From Candidatus Nomurabacteria bacterium (GTDB lineage: Bacteria; Patescibacteriota; Minisyncoccia; Phycocordibacterales; UBA9973), in NCBI GenBank assembly GCA_026395955.1, contig JAPLXR010000004.1, positions 3,883 to 67,882 of the forward strand: a DNA stretch of 64,000 nt, given 5' to 3'. This document shows, one piece after another, positions 1 through 9,066 of this stretch (the stretch's first letter is position 1; the number at the start of each line of letters is the position of its first letter). The position numbers and the translations under genes were made by a program. The notes under the pieces are model-generated. The model was not told the DNA's origin. It was given only the letters and a program-made list of their open reading frames with translations, and did not search any database.

Positions 1-593
1 GTCACCATTATTATGGTCTGCCCTTCTTTGTGTAAATCCAAAAAGACACGCATAACTTGCTCTGAAGTTTCAGAGTCGAGGTTTGCTGTCGGTTCGTCAG
101 CAAAAATTATTTTTGGTTCATGAGCAATAGCACGAGCGATAGAGACGCGTTGTTGTTGTCCTCCTGAAAGCTCACTCGGTAAATTATTTTCACGATCGAG
201 AAGATCAACTTTTTTTAAAGCAATACGAGCTTTGGCTTCGGCTTTTTTCATATCATATCCTTGCATCAAAAGTGGCAACATTGTATTTTCGAGGGCTGTG
301 AGTGAAGGCAAAATAGCATAATCTTGAAAAATATATCCGAGGTCATTTAGACGAATTGCTGTACGTTCTTTTTCAGAAAGTTTTACTAAATCTTTTCCAT
401 CAAGCATTACCTCTCCCTCAGTAGGTAAATCCAAAAGTCCGAGCTGGTAAAGTAGTGTAGATTTCCCTGAACCAGACTTACCTGTGACTGTTAAAAACAG
501 TCCTTCAGGAACAGTAAAAGATAAATTGTTTACTGCGACAATTCTAGCGTCTCCACTCTTGAATGCTTTTGTAAGTTTTTTTATTTCTAACAT
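1..593 (-). CDS. ABC transporter ATP-binding protein (MacB/LolD-like), C-terminus cut by window edge
   Basis: Minus-strand translation starting at ATG 593 gives MLEIKKLTKAFKSGDARIVAVNNLSFTVPEGLFLTVTGKSGSGKSTLLYQLGLL... with Walker A, LSGGQQQRVSIARA signature and Walker B IIFADEPT. Continues to position 1. Confidence 0.85.
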   Translation of the reverse strand, partial: MLEIKKLTKAFKSGDARIVAVNNLSFTVPEGLFLTVTGKSGSGKSTLLYQLGLLDLPTEGEVMLDGKDLVKLSEKERTAIRLNDLGYIFQDYAILPSLTALENTMLPLLMQGYDMKKAEAKARIALKKVDLLDRENNLPSELSGGQQQRVSIARAIAHEPKIIFADEPTANLDSETSEQVMRVFLDLHKEGQTIIMV

Positions 594-595
594 TT

Positions 596-1873
596 TTATC
601 TACCTAAAATTGCTGATAATGTATTTTGCTTGATAACAATTCTAGCAGGAATATAACCAGCGACCATTGTGGTTATAAGTAATATCGTCGCACGCCAAAG
701 TGAGGTCGGAAGTGTCGCCACGAGTATACCATCAGAGAATGGGAAGTTTATCGGATGTGCTGCGAAGTATGGTTTGATTAAAAAGAAAATTAAAGACATA
801 CCAATAATAATTCCAAATCCTGCATAAATAAATGCTTGGTAAATATATGAATAAAGTATAGCTCTTTTATTTAAACCAATACCTTTCATAATACCGATAT
901 ATCGGCGACGTGTAATAGCATTCACAAAAATAACAATAAAAATAGTAATAGATGCTACAACAAGCCCAATACCAGAAATAGCACTACCGAGAATTCCAAA
1001 AGTAACTTTCATATCTTTTAAAAATTTTGGAGAAGCATCATCGGCAGTCTGCACACGTGCATATTCCCCTACTCCACTTTTTATTAAAAAGTCACGAGCG
1101 AAAACAGGATCAGCATTTGATTTTAATTTTATAGCGATTGATCCAGCATCGAGAGTTGTCTGTCCTGTTAATTTCCTTACCTCAGAATCCAAAGCAACAA
1201 CAGATGTATCAAATACATCAACCTTACTTGAAAGAATTCCTTTCACAAAATATTCTTTGGAATAATCACCGACAGTTATACGAACTCTCTGACCAATAAC
1301 AATATTTTTTAAAGTTTGAAAACCAGGAGCTTCAATAGGTGTAAATTCATACAATAAATTTTTACCGAGAAGAACACTATCTTGATCACCACTTTGTAAA
1401 TACGAACCACGAATTACGAATTTTGATACACCAGAAAAATTTTGTTCTTGTTGCGGATCAATACCCAAAAGTGAACCTGTTACTCCATCTCTCTTGTCTC
1501 CTGGTTTTATAGTATCTCTATAATTTGATTCAACTAATGCTCCACCAGTATATCTGACAGTATCAGATTGAAAATCTGGAAGTGTTTTAACTATTGATTC
1601 TACTTTTGGAGTTTGGTCAATATACGAACGATTTAAAAAAGAAGATATAACAACATCTCCTGTAGAATATTTTTTTTGTGCATCTTCTGAACCTTGAATG
1701 AGTCCAACCAAGATACCAGACACAATAATCAAGTTTAAAAAAGTTAAAGTCATTACGAAAATAATAAGAGCTGTTGTCCATTTATTCGCATGAGCGATAT
1801 CACGTTTAGCTAAAAACCAACCTACACGCAGATTTTGTGACAATGAATTTTCAATTTTTATTTTGTCGTCCAT
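596..1873 (-). CDS. ABC transporter permease, FtsX/MacB-like
   Basis: 425 aa. N-terminal TM, large periplasmic loop, 3 C-terminal TM helices. Start overlaps the stop of the upstream adaptor gene and it is followed directly by the ATPase gene. Confidence 0.8.
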   Translation of the reverse strand: MDDKIKIENSLSQNLRVGWFLAKRDIAHANKWTTALIIFVMTLTFLNLIIVSGILVGLIQGSEDAQKKYSTGDVVISSFLNRSYIDQTPKVESIVKTLPDFQSDTVRYTGGALVESNYRDTIKPGDKRDGVTGSLLGIDPQQEQNFSGVSKFVIRGSYLQSGDQDSVLLGKNLLYEFTPIEAPGFQTLKNIVIGQRVRITVGDYSKEYFVKGILSSKVDVFDTSVVALDSEVRKLTGQTTLDAGSIAIKLKSNADPVFARDFLIKSGVGEYARVQTADDASPKFLKDMKVTFGILGSAISGIGLVVASITIFIVIFVNAITRRRYIGIMKGIGLNKRAILYSYIYQAFIYAGFGIIIGMSLIFFLIKPYFAAHPINFPFSDGILVATLPTSLWRATILLITTMVAGYIPARIVIKQNTLSAILGR

Positions 1874-3396
1874 TAGTTTACAGTCAAAGCTATTTGTTCA
1901 TTTTCATTTAAACCAGAAGTAATTTCTACTAAATTATTATCACCGACAAAACCAATATGTAGTTCTCTTTGTTCGTTAGATTCACTGTTGTCATTTTTTA
2001 CAATATCTACAAAATTCTTACCATCTTTTTTTATTAGAGCTACAGCTGGTATCGCTATAACATGAGTTTTACCACCTGCATCTACATTTATATTTGCATT
2101 CATTCCAGGACGGATTATTTCATTCTGTTCATTGATACTTACTTTTATTTTATAATTTACAACACCGTTATTTGTCTGTGCAGATGGATCAATCTGAGCG
2201 ATAACTCCGGTGAATTTTTTATCATTACCAAAAGCATCAAAAGTAATATCTACATTTTGTCCAAGTTTTAGATACGCAATATTTGCTTCATTGATTAATG
2301 CTTCAATATACAGATTCTTTATATCTTCAATAGTAATAACTGATTTTCCTGCTTCAGCTAATTCACCATATTTTATATCTACTCTAGTTATTGTTCCGTC
2401 TGCTGGTGCACGTATTACAGTGTTTTCATATGCAGCTTCTGCTGACTGTAATACACCTTGAGCAAAAACAATTTCTGCTCCACCGACAGACAACTCAGCT
2501 TTTTTCTGAGATAAATTTGCCTCAGCATTAGAAACAGCAATATCACGATTTTTTAAAGCATCTTGATAAGCATTATAATTTTTTAAATAATCTACAGCAT
2601 GAGTATTTGGAATAACAATTTTCCAATCAACAACAGAAGAATTACTAGAATCTGATGGGAGTTTTATATATAAACCAGAATTTCCTAATGGTTGTGGTGT
2701 ATTATAATTCAATGAACCTGTGCCTGTTGTTAAACCAGAAAGATCAAAACTATATCCATTTACAGATTGATAATTTTTTATATTTAAAGTTCCTTCTTTA
2801 CCCAAAGAATAAGTACCAGAAATAACAGGATTTACATAATCATTACTAGAATCTTCTGGAACAGCCTCTATTGTAGAATTAAGTAAGGTATTATAAGCAT
2901 TATTAACCAAAATATCTTGTGCTTTTTTTACATTTTCTAAATCAATTTCTGCAGAAGAAAAAGAAACTTCAGACAATGCAGTACCACCAGCAGTAGATCC
3001 AGTACCATATTTAGCTTGAGCGGACATCAAACTTCCACGTGCTTGTGTGAGAGTAGCCAATGCTTCACCTTGATCCAAATGAGCCAATACTTGCCCAGCT
3101 TTGACTGTATCTCCGACAGCAACAGAAACACCTTTTACTACACCTCCTTTATTGAAAGATAAATTTAAATCAGTATTTGAAATTACCTGCCCTGTAGCAC
3201 GAACAGATTGTTTTAAATCTGTATATTTAACAGTAAAAATATTCAAGGTATTTGTTTTATTAGAACGAAAAACAAAAAAAGAAACTACAACCAAAACTAT
3301 TAAAATAATTATTGAAATTTTCTTTTTTTTAATAATTAAATTTTTAACTTTTTCAAAAGTATTTTTAAATTTATCCATATATCTAAAGAATACCAA
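1873..3396 (-). CDS. HlyD-family membrane fusion / periplasmic adaptor protein
   Basis: 507 aa. N-terminal TM followed by long coiled-coil-forming segments and a beta-barrel-like C-terminus. First gene of the adaptor-permease-ATPase operon. Confidence 0.7.
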   Translation of the reverse strand: MVFFRYMDKFKNTFEKVKNLIIKKKKISIIILIVLVVVSFFVFRSNKTNTLNIFTVKYTDLKQSVRATGQVISNTDLNLSFNKGGVVKGVSVAVGDTVKAGQVLAHLDQGEALATLTQARGSLMSAQAKYGTGSTAGGTALSEVSFSSAEIDLENVKKAQDILVNNAYNTLLNSTIEAVPEDSSNDYVNPVISGTYSLGKEGTLNIKNYQSVNGYSFDLSGLTTGTGSLNYNTPQPLGNSGLYIKLPSDSSNSSVVDWKIVIPNTHAVDYLKNYNAYQDALKNRDIAVSNAEANLSQKKAELSVGGAEIVFAQGVLQSAEAAYENTVIRAPADGTITRVDIKYGELAEAGKSVITIEDIKNLYIEALINEANIAYLKLGQNVDITFDAFGNDKKFTGVIAQIDPSAQTNNGVVNYKIKVSINEQNEIIRPGMNANINVDAGGKTHVIAIPAVALIKKDGKNFVDIVKNDNSESNEQRELHIGFVGDNNLVEITSGLNENEQIALTVN

Positions 3397-3423
3397 TATT
3401 TAAGCTCTTTTGCAATTAAAAAA

Positions 3424-3441
3424 CACACCTAGCTGGTGTGT
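3424..3441. terminator. intrinsic terminator hairpin ACACACC-TAGC-TGGTGTGT flanked by A-run and T-run
   Basis: Perfect inverted repeat with T6 downstream, between convergent-in-series minus-strand genes. Confidence 0.5.
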
Positions 3442-3469
3442 TTTTTAATAAGATAAAATTTATTTTAAA

Positions 3470-4162
3470 TTATTGGTGACGAGTGTCTTCTCCAAGTTTT
3501 TGAATAAATCTACCAGCTGCATCTTTGCCACCTAGACCAAAAGCGATAGCTCCTGCGATAGATAACATGGCGATGATTCCAGTAAATAATATTTGCATAT
3601 AAGCAGCTGCAATACCGAGTTGACCTAATGCTATTATGAAAGCAAAAATCCAAACAGCATATTTAGCAATTGAAGCTAACATATTTGCTGAACGTAGATT
3701 TACAGCTTTTGCTCCTGCTGCAATTGATTTTGAAATTGCTTCAGAAACAATAGTAGCGATAAGGAGAATAAAAGCAGCAATGATAACTCTAGGCAAGAAC
3801 ATAAGAACGTCTTGTGAAAGAAATCCTGAAACAGAATCCAATCCCATAAGACTAAGTGAAGGAATAAGGAAAGCAATTAAGATAAACCACTTTACTATTT
3901 CTCCAATAAAAAATCCTGTGTTTAGACGAAGTCCCATCTTTGAGAGCATTCCATCCATACCAATAGTTGCGAAAAGCTTATCGATTTTCAATGCACTGAT
4001 TACATTCTCAAATGCTTTTGAAACTAAACCAGCTAAAACCCAACCAATAATAAAGAAGATAATCGCCAAGATTAACTTCGGAGCAAACTGAATAAAACCC
4101 CACCATAAATTTTGAAGTGAAGCATTAAAAACGTCACCCCATGTAAGCCAAATGTTACTCAT
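3470..4162 (-). CDS. integral membrane protein with repeated conserved-TM-helix motif (mechanosensitive-channel-associated type)
   Basis: 230 aa, at least 5 hydrophobic helices. Repeated pattern of small residues (IAxxAxxxGxxG). No catalytic motif. Confidence 0.35.
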   Translation of the reverse strand: MSNIWLTWGDVFNASLQNLWWGFIQFAPKLILAIIFFIIGWVLAGLVSKAFENVISALKIDKLFATIGMDGMLSKMGLRLNTGFFIGEIVKWFILIAFLIPSLSLMGLDSVSGFLSQDVLMFLPRVIIAAFILLIATIVSEAISKSIAAGAKAVNLRSANMLASIAKYAVWIFAFIIALGQLGIAAAYMQILFTGIIAMLSIAGAIAFGLGGKDAAGRFIQKLGEDTRHQ

Positions 4163-4239
4163 AAATTATATTATAATCATAAACTTGTAAAAACTTTAAA
4201 GTTCGACCTTATAAAGCTATGATTCTATTATATCACTTT

Positions 4240-4878
4240 TTAGTTCTTTTTAAGTACTTGTGTGGATAACTCTTTAACTTCCACAATTACCTCGTGAGGA
4301 AAGTCAAGTATATCTAAAACCAGCTTATCGTACATATTGAAACGATACAAAAATTCTGCAGTATCAAATAAAGCATAGGTAAGTTCTTTACCAATTTCAG
4401 CTTCCATTCTTTTTAGACCATCTTCTATAACTTTACGTTTAATTTTATCCCCTACTATCAATAAGTCTACTCTGCTATCTTTATTTTTAATAAATGTACC
4501 AGAAGCAATAAGTAATTTTATTTTTCCAGCCTTTTTAGTCATTTCTAGAATTGCTTCTTTGTTTAAAGTATATGTCCCAGTTAAAAGTATTTCTATTTGT
4601 TCTAAATAAACAAAAGAAGAATTTAAAATCCAACCATTTTTATTCTTTTTAATAAAACCAATACCAGAAAGCATTGATATTTCTTTGCGAGTTATTTCAG
4701 GAGAAACTCTACTTCTATTTGCAATATCTTTATTTTCAAAAGCTCCATCAGGATTCAACAGAAAAAGACGCATTATCTTAATTCTTGCAGGACTTCCAAA
4801 TAGTTTTCCTAATATTTCCATATATTCTTTATAAACCTTTTTATTTAAAAAAACAAGGGTTTTGTGATTATAAAACAA
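4240..4878 (-). CDS. putative winged-helix transcriptional regulator with uncharacterised C-terminal domain
   Basis: 212 aa. N-terminal segment SPARIKIMRLFLLNPDGAFENKDIANRSRVSPEITRKEISMLSGIGFIKK resembles an ArsR/MarR-like wHTH. Confidence 0.4.
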   Translation of the reverse strand: MFYNHKTLVFLNKKVYKEYMEILGKLFGSPARIKIMRLFLLNPDGAFENKDIANRSRVSPEITRKEISMLSGIGFIKKNKNGWILNSSFVYLEQIEILLTGTYTLNKEAILEMTKKAGKIKLLIASGTFIKNKDSRVDLLIVGDKIKRKVIEDGLKRMEAEIGKELTYALFDTAEFLYRFNMYDKLVLDILDFPHEVIVEVKELSTQVLKKN

Positions 4879-4881
4879 AAA

Positions 4882-4903
4882 ACACCCATAGGGTGTTTTT
4901 TGT
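4882..4903 (-). terminator. intrinsic terminator of rplJ-rplL operon (ACACCC-ATA-GGGTGT + T-run)
   Basis: Hairpin 13 nt after the rplL stop in the minus orientation, followed by TTTTTTGTTTT. Confidence 0.6.
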
Positions 4904-4917
4904 TAGAATTTATTGAA

Positions 4918-5280
4918 TTATTTAAGTTCAACCTTTCCACCTGCTTCTTCGATTTTCTTTTTCAATTCATCAGCTTCAGCTTTCTTCATTCCATCTTTCA
5001 ATGTTGCTGGAGCACCGTCAACTAAGTCTTTAGCTTCTTTCAAACCGAGGCCAAGAACTTCTTTAACAACTTTCATAACAGCGATTTTTTGTTCACCTGC
5101 ACCTGCTAGAACTACTGTATATGAATCTTTTTCTTCAGCTGCAGGACCAGCTGCAGGACCAGCTACTGCTACTGCAGCGGCTGAAACTCCAAATTTTTCT
5201 TCTAATGCCTTCACTAATTCGTGAAGATCTAAAACTGACATACTATCTATTTTTTCTATAAGATCTTTAAATTTTTCCAT
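4918..5280 (-). CDS. rplL: 50S ribosomal protein L7/L12
   Basis: 120 aa. N-terminal dimerisation helix, Ala/Pro-rich hinge [18 protein letters not shown]-terminal domain [27 protein letters not shown]...[16 protein letters not shown]. Confidence 0.95.
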   Translation of the reverse strand: MEKFKDLIEKIDSMSVLDLHELVKALEEKFGVSAAAVAVAGPAAGPAAEEKDSYTVVLAGAGEQKIAVMKVVKEVLGLGLKEAKDLVDGAPATLKDGMKKAEADELKKKIEEAGGKVELK

Positions 5281-5307
5281 AATAATTTTTGATTAAATTT
5301 TTAATAA

Positions 5308-5790
5308 TTAACTTTTCTTCTCAGCAATTGCATTCAATACGACAGCAAAGCGTTGTATTGGAGAATTGATAAGGTTAACAAATTGACCAAGGAGAACTTC
5401 ACGAGGTGGGATTGTAGCAATTGTCATCATCTTTTCAGAATTTACAAAATTGTTTTCAAAAATTCCACCCAATATGTTCAAACTTATTTTATTTGTTTTT
5501 GCAAAATTATAAACTTCACGAGCTGGGGCTAACATATCTGCACCATAAGCCAAAGCAACTTCACCTCCGAGCTCTGGGATTTCCCCTTCTGCTTTTCCAT
5601 TGAGTGCACGCTTTAACAGTGTCTTTCTTGAAACTTTATAATTTACTCCAGCATCACGAAGACTTTTGCGAAGCATTGTCTCTGTTTGTGCAGTCAAACC
5701 ATGAAAATTAACAAAAACTACAGATGAACTACCCTTGATAGCTCCTTCCAAATCTTTTATTATCTCTTCTTTTTTTGATTTTAATAACAT
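5308..5790 (-). CDS. rplJ: 50S ribosomal protein L10
   Basis: 160 aa, immediately upstream of rplL. Typical L10 N-terminal region (KEEIIKDLEGAIKGSSSVVFVNFHGLT). Confidence 0.93.
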   Translation of the reverse strand: MLLKSKKEEIIKDLEGAIKGSSSVVFVNFHGLTAQTETMLRKSLRDAGVNYKVSRKTLLKRALNGKAEGEIPELGGEVALAYGADMLAPAREVYNFAKTNKISLNILGGIFENNFVNSEKMMTIATIPPREVLLGQFVNLINSPIQRFAVVLNAIAEKKS

Positions 5791-5947
5791 ATTTGTTTTA
5801 TTTTAAATTAAAAAAACGACATCCAGATAAACTGGTGCCGCATATTGCCTCCCAAATAAATGGGTGTCGACCACTAGATAGGACTTCTAAGGATTTTTCT
5901 CCCTTGCCTACCTTCTTTGCAGCAGAGATACTATAACATAAAGATCT
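5791..5947 (-). promoter_or_regulatory. candidate rplJ 5' leader (possible L10/L12 autoregulatory leader)
   Basis: About 155 nt untranslated stretch upstream of rplJ containing GC-richer segments (GGGAGGCAATATGCGGCACCAG...) in an AT-rich context. The structure was not verified. Confidence 0.25.
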
Positions 5948-6147
5948 TTATTTTGCAAAGGCTGATTTTATAAAACTAACAGTTTCTGGTTCACCAGTAA
6001 AATACAAACTTAAAAGACCTAGAGCAATAATTACGAGAAAAATAAATAGGACTTTTATAAAATGATTACTAAACATACATGTATTATACATAAAAAATAA
6101 AATAGTTAGAACTTTACTAAAAAAGTAAACTTAAGTATAGTAATTAT

Positions 6148-7440
6148 ATGAATAGAATCTGGCTTATTTTGTTTGGGGACTTTCTATCCTTTTGGGTGTC
6201 TTTTTTTATACTTTTTAATATACGTTTAGGAAATGCGACACCTGCTAATATTTTAAACGTACATTTAACAACATTCTCTATATTATATATCTGCTGGACT
6301 ATAATATTTTTACTTTTTGGATTATACGAACTATCAAATATAAAGCCAACGATACTTCAAATACAACGTACTAGTTTAGCTCTATTTTTTTGTTTTTTTA
6401 TAGGAATAAGTTTATTTTATTTAGTTCCCTTCTTTGGTATCACACCTAAAACAAATTTATTATTACAAGTTATATTTTTTGGATTTATTTCTTTTATATT
6501 AAGAAGAATTATTTATAGTTTCTTTTCAAAACAAAATGTACGCAAAGCTATATTAATAGGAGAAACAAATTATATAAATGAGCTATACCAAATAATAAAT
6601 ACAAACCCTCAAATAGGATTAAAAATAATTTACAAAACAAAAGATTTACAAGAAGTACTAAAAAAATATTCTAATTTAGAAAATTCAGTTTTTATTTTTG
6701 AAAGTATAAACCAAGAAATTCCAGATAAAGAAATACTTAATTTATATAAAAATAAAGTTGAAATAATAGACATTGCTGAAGCTTATGAAAAATATTTATT
6801 TAAAATACCAATATATTACATAAATAAATCATGGGTAATAAAAAACATAAATACCAAAAAAGACTTTTTATATGATTCTGTTTCTAGATTTTTTAATATA
6901 ATATTTTCTATATTTATTTTAATAGTTACATTACCTTTTACAATAATAAGTTTAATTTTTATTTATCTTTATGATAATGGTCCAGTATTTTATAAACAAG
7001 AAAGAATAGGCTTAAATGGTAAAATATTTGAATTATATAAATTACGATCCATGGTTTTAGATTCAGAAAAAAATGGAGCTGTATGGTCAGAACAAAATGA
7101 TACACGCATTACACCTATAGGAAAAATAATAAGGAAAATTCACATAGATGAAATACCACAAATGATAAACATATTGAAGGGTGATATAGCGCTAGTAGGA
7201 CCCAGACCAGAAAGGCCAGAATTTGTTTCATCATTAGAGAAAACAATACCCTATTATAATTTGAGACATACCATCAGACCAGGTTTTACTGGTTGGGCAC
7301 AAATAAAATACAGATACGCTCGTACAGTCGAAGATACAAAAGAAAAATTCCAATATGATTTGTATTACATGAAAAATAAAAATATTTTTATTGATTTTGG
7401 TATCATACTTCGAACCATTCAAATAATATTCTTACACTAA
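6148..7440 (+). CDS. polyprenyl-phosphate sugar-phosphate transferase (bacterial sugar transferase, WbaP/WcaJ-like), initiating enzyme
   Basis: 430 aa, 4-5 N-terminal TM helices. C-terminal catalytic domain with KLRSM, DEIPQ, LKGDIALVGPRPE and GWAQI motifs. Confidence 0.85.
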   Translation: MNRIWLILFGDFLSFWVSFFILFNIRLGNATPANILNVHLTTFSILYICWTIIFLLFGLYELSNIKPTILQIQRTSLALFFCFFIGISLFYLVPFFGITPKTNLLLQVIFFGFISFILRRIIYSFFSKQNVRKAILIGETNYINELYQIINTNPQIGLKIIYKTKDLQEVLKKYSNLENSVFIFESINQEIPDKEILNLYKNKVEIIDIAEAYEKYLFKIPIYYINKSWVIKNINTKKDFLYDSVSRFFNIIFSIFILIVTLPFTIISLIFIYLYDNGPVFYKQERIGLNGKIFELYKLRSMVLDSEKNGAVWSEQNDTRITPIGKIIRKIHIDEIPQMINILKGDIALVGPRPERPEFVSSLEKTIPYYNLRHTIRPGFTGWAQIKYRYARTVEDTKEKFQYDLYYMKNKNIFIDFGIILRTIQIIFLH

Positions 7441-7444
7441 TTCT

Positions 7445-8251
7445 ATGGCAAAAATATCAATAATAATTCCAACATATAATAGTAGTAAATTTATAAGAAA
7501 CACAATTCAAAGTGTTTTAGAACAGACTTATACTGACTGGGAACTTCTGATTATAGATGATTGTTCCAAAGACGAAACAGAAGAAATAATAAAAGAATAT
7601 AAAAAAAAAGAACCTAAAATTAAATTCTACAAAACAGACAATAATTCTGGTGGTCCTGCCCTATCAAAAAATATAGGAATAAAAAATTCTAATGGTAGCT
7701 ATATCGCATTTTTAGACCATGACGATGAGTGGCATAAAGAAAAATTAGAAAAACAAATAAAATTATTTGAAAATTCAAAAGATAAAAATCTAGGGATAGT
7801 TTCAACTTTTTTAGATATAAAAGAAAAAGAAACTATAATAAAATATAGTAAAAATTACAGAAAAGATATTTTAAAATATCTAGCTAGTGGAAACTTTTTA
7901 ATGACTTCTAGCTGTATTATGGTAAAAAAAGACGTATTTGAAAAAATAGGTTTATTTGATAAAAGTCTTTCTGTTTCAGACGATTTAGACATGTGGATAC
8001 GTATAGCTAAAAATAATTACAACTTTGATTATGTACCAGAATACTTAACAACATACATATATCACAATAAAAATGCTTCTCTTATAAACAGAGAAAATTA
8101 CACAGAAACTAAATTACTATTCAAAAAACACAAAGAAATATATCTTAAATATAATATTAAAATAGTTATATTAAATTACATATTATATTTATTTCCTAAT
8201 TCAGAAAAGAAGATAAAGAAAATAATCTTAAAGATAAAAAAATGCATATAA
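7445..8251 (+). CDS. family 2 glycosyltransferase
   Basis: ISIIIPTYN...DWELLIIDDCSKDET...DHDDEW: canonical GT-A/GT2 N-terminus with DxD. Confidence 0.8.
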   Translation: MAKISIIIPTYNSSKFIRNTIQSVLEQTYTDWELLIIDDCSKDETEEIIKEYKKKEPKIKFYKTDNNSGGPALSKNIGIKNSNGSYIAFLDHDDEWHKEKLEKQIKLFENSKDKNLGIVSTFLDIKEKETIIKYSKNYRKDILKYLASGNFLMTSSCIMVKKDVFEKIGLFDKSLSVSDDLDMWIRIAKNNYNFDYVPEYLTTYIYHNKNASLINRENYTETKLLFKKHKEIYLKYNIKIVILNYILYLFPNSEKKIKKIILKIKKCI

Positions 8252-9066
8252 AATTATCAATAATAATAGTAAATTGGAATACTAAAGACATACTAAAACA
8301 GACAATCGAGTCTGTTAAAAAAGAAACGAGTTTGTTTGAATACGAAATAATTGTTATAGACAATAATTCTACAGATGATAGTGTAAATATGATTAAAACA
8401 CTATTCCCTTCTATAAAGATAATAGAAAACCAAGATAATTTTGGTTTTGGTTTTGCAAATAACCAAGGGTTAAAGATCGCCACAAGAGAATGTATTTTGT
8501 TTTTAAATAGTGACACTATTATTTTAGAAAACGCTATAGAAAAATTAGTAAGATTTTTAGATGAAAATAAGGACATAGCAATGGTCGGTCCTAAAATTTT
8601 AAATAAAGACAGAACTTTTCAATCTGCATCAAAAAGAAACTTACCGACAATAAAAAATTCATTTCAATATTTATTTTTAAATAAAAAAGAAAATAATTAT
8701 AAATTAGAAAATGAAGGAAATATTAGTGAAATAACTGAGGCTATTTCTGGGGCTTGTATGTTAGTTAGGCATTCTATATACAAAAAAATAGGAGGATTCG
8801 ATGAACAATTCTTTATGTATGCAGAAGATCTAGATTATTGTAAAAGAATATTAGATAACGGATTTAAAATATATTATTTAAGTACTGCTGAAATAATTCA
8901 CTTAGGAGGAGAAAGTACTAAAAAAAATACAGAATCTTTAAAATATTTTTATAAAACAATGTGGCTTTATTATAAAAAATACTTTTATAATAACAGAAAC
9001 TTATTTGTGAATTTTAGTATTTATATAGGCATAAAAATACTTTATTTTTATAAAAAATTATTTTAA
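8242..9066 (+). CDS. family 2 glycosyltransferase
   Basis: LSIIIVNWNTKD...YEIIVIDNNSTDDS...LNSDT. Overlaps the upstream GT2 by 10 nt, indicating an operon. Confidence 0.8.
   Translation: MHIKLSIIIVNWNTKDILKQTIESVKKETSLFEYEIIVIDNNSTDDSVNMIKTLFPSIKIIENQDNFGFGFANNQGLKIATRECILFLNSDTIILENAIEKLVRFLDENKDIAMVGPKILNKDRTFQSASKRNLPTIKNSFQYLFLNKKENNYKLENEGNISEITEAISGACMLVRHSIYKKIGGFDEQFFMYAEDLDYCKRILDNGFKIYYLSTAEIIHLGGESTKKNTESLKYFYKTMWLYYKKYFYNNRNLFVNFSIYIGIKILYFYKKLF

Noticed and set aside
2062-4091. Plus-strand ORFs of 69-151 aa (2062-2271, 2210-2461, 3101-3403, 3636-4091) inside the HlyD-like and membrane-protein genes
   Set aside because: They lie entirely antisense to longer ORFs with recognisable families. 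Their translations are low-complexity and AT-codon driven with no motifs, so they are treated as spurious.
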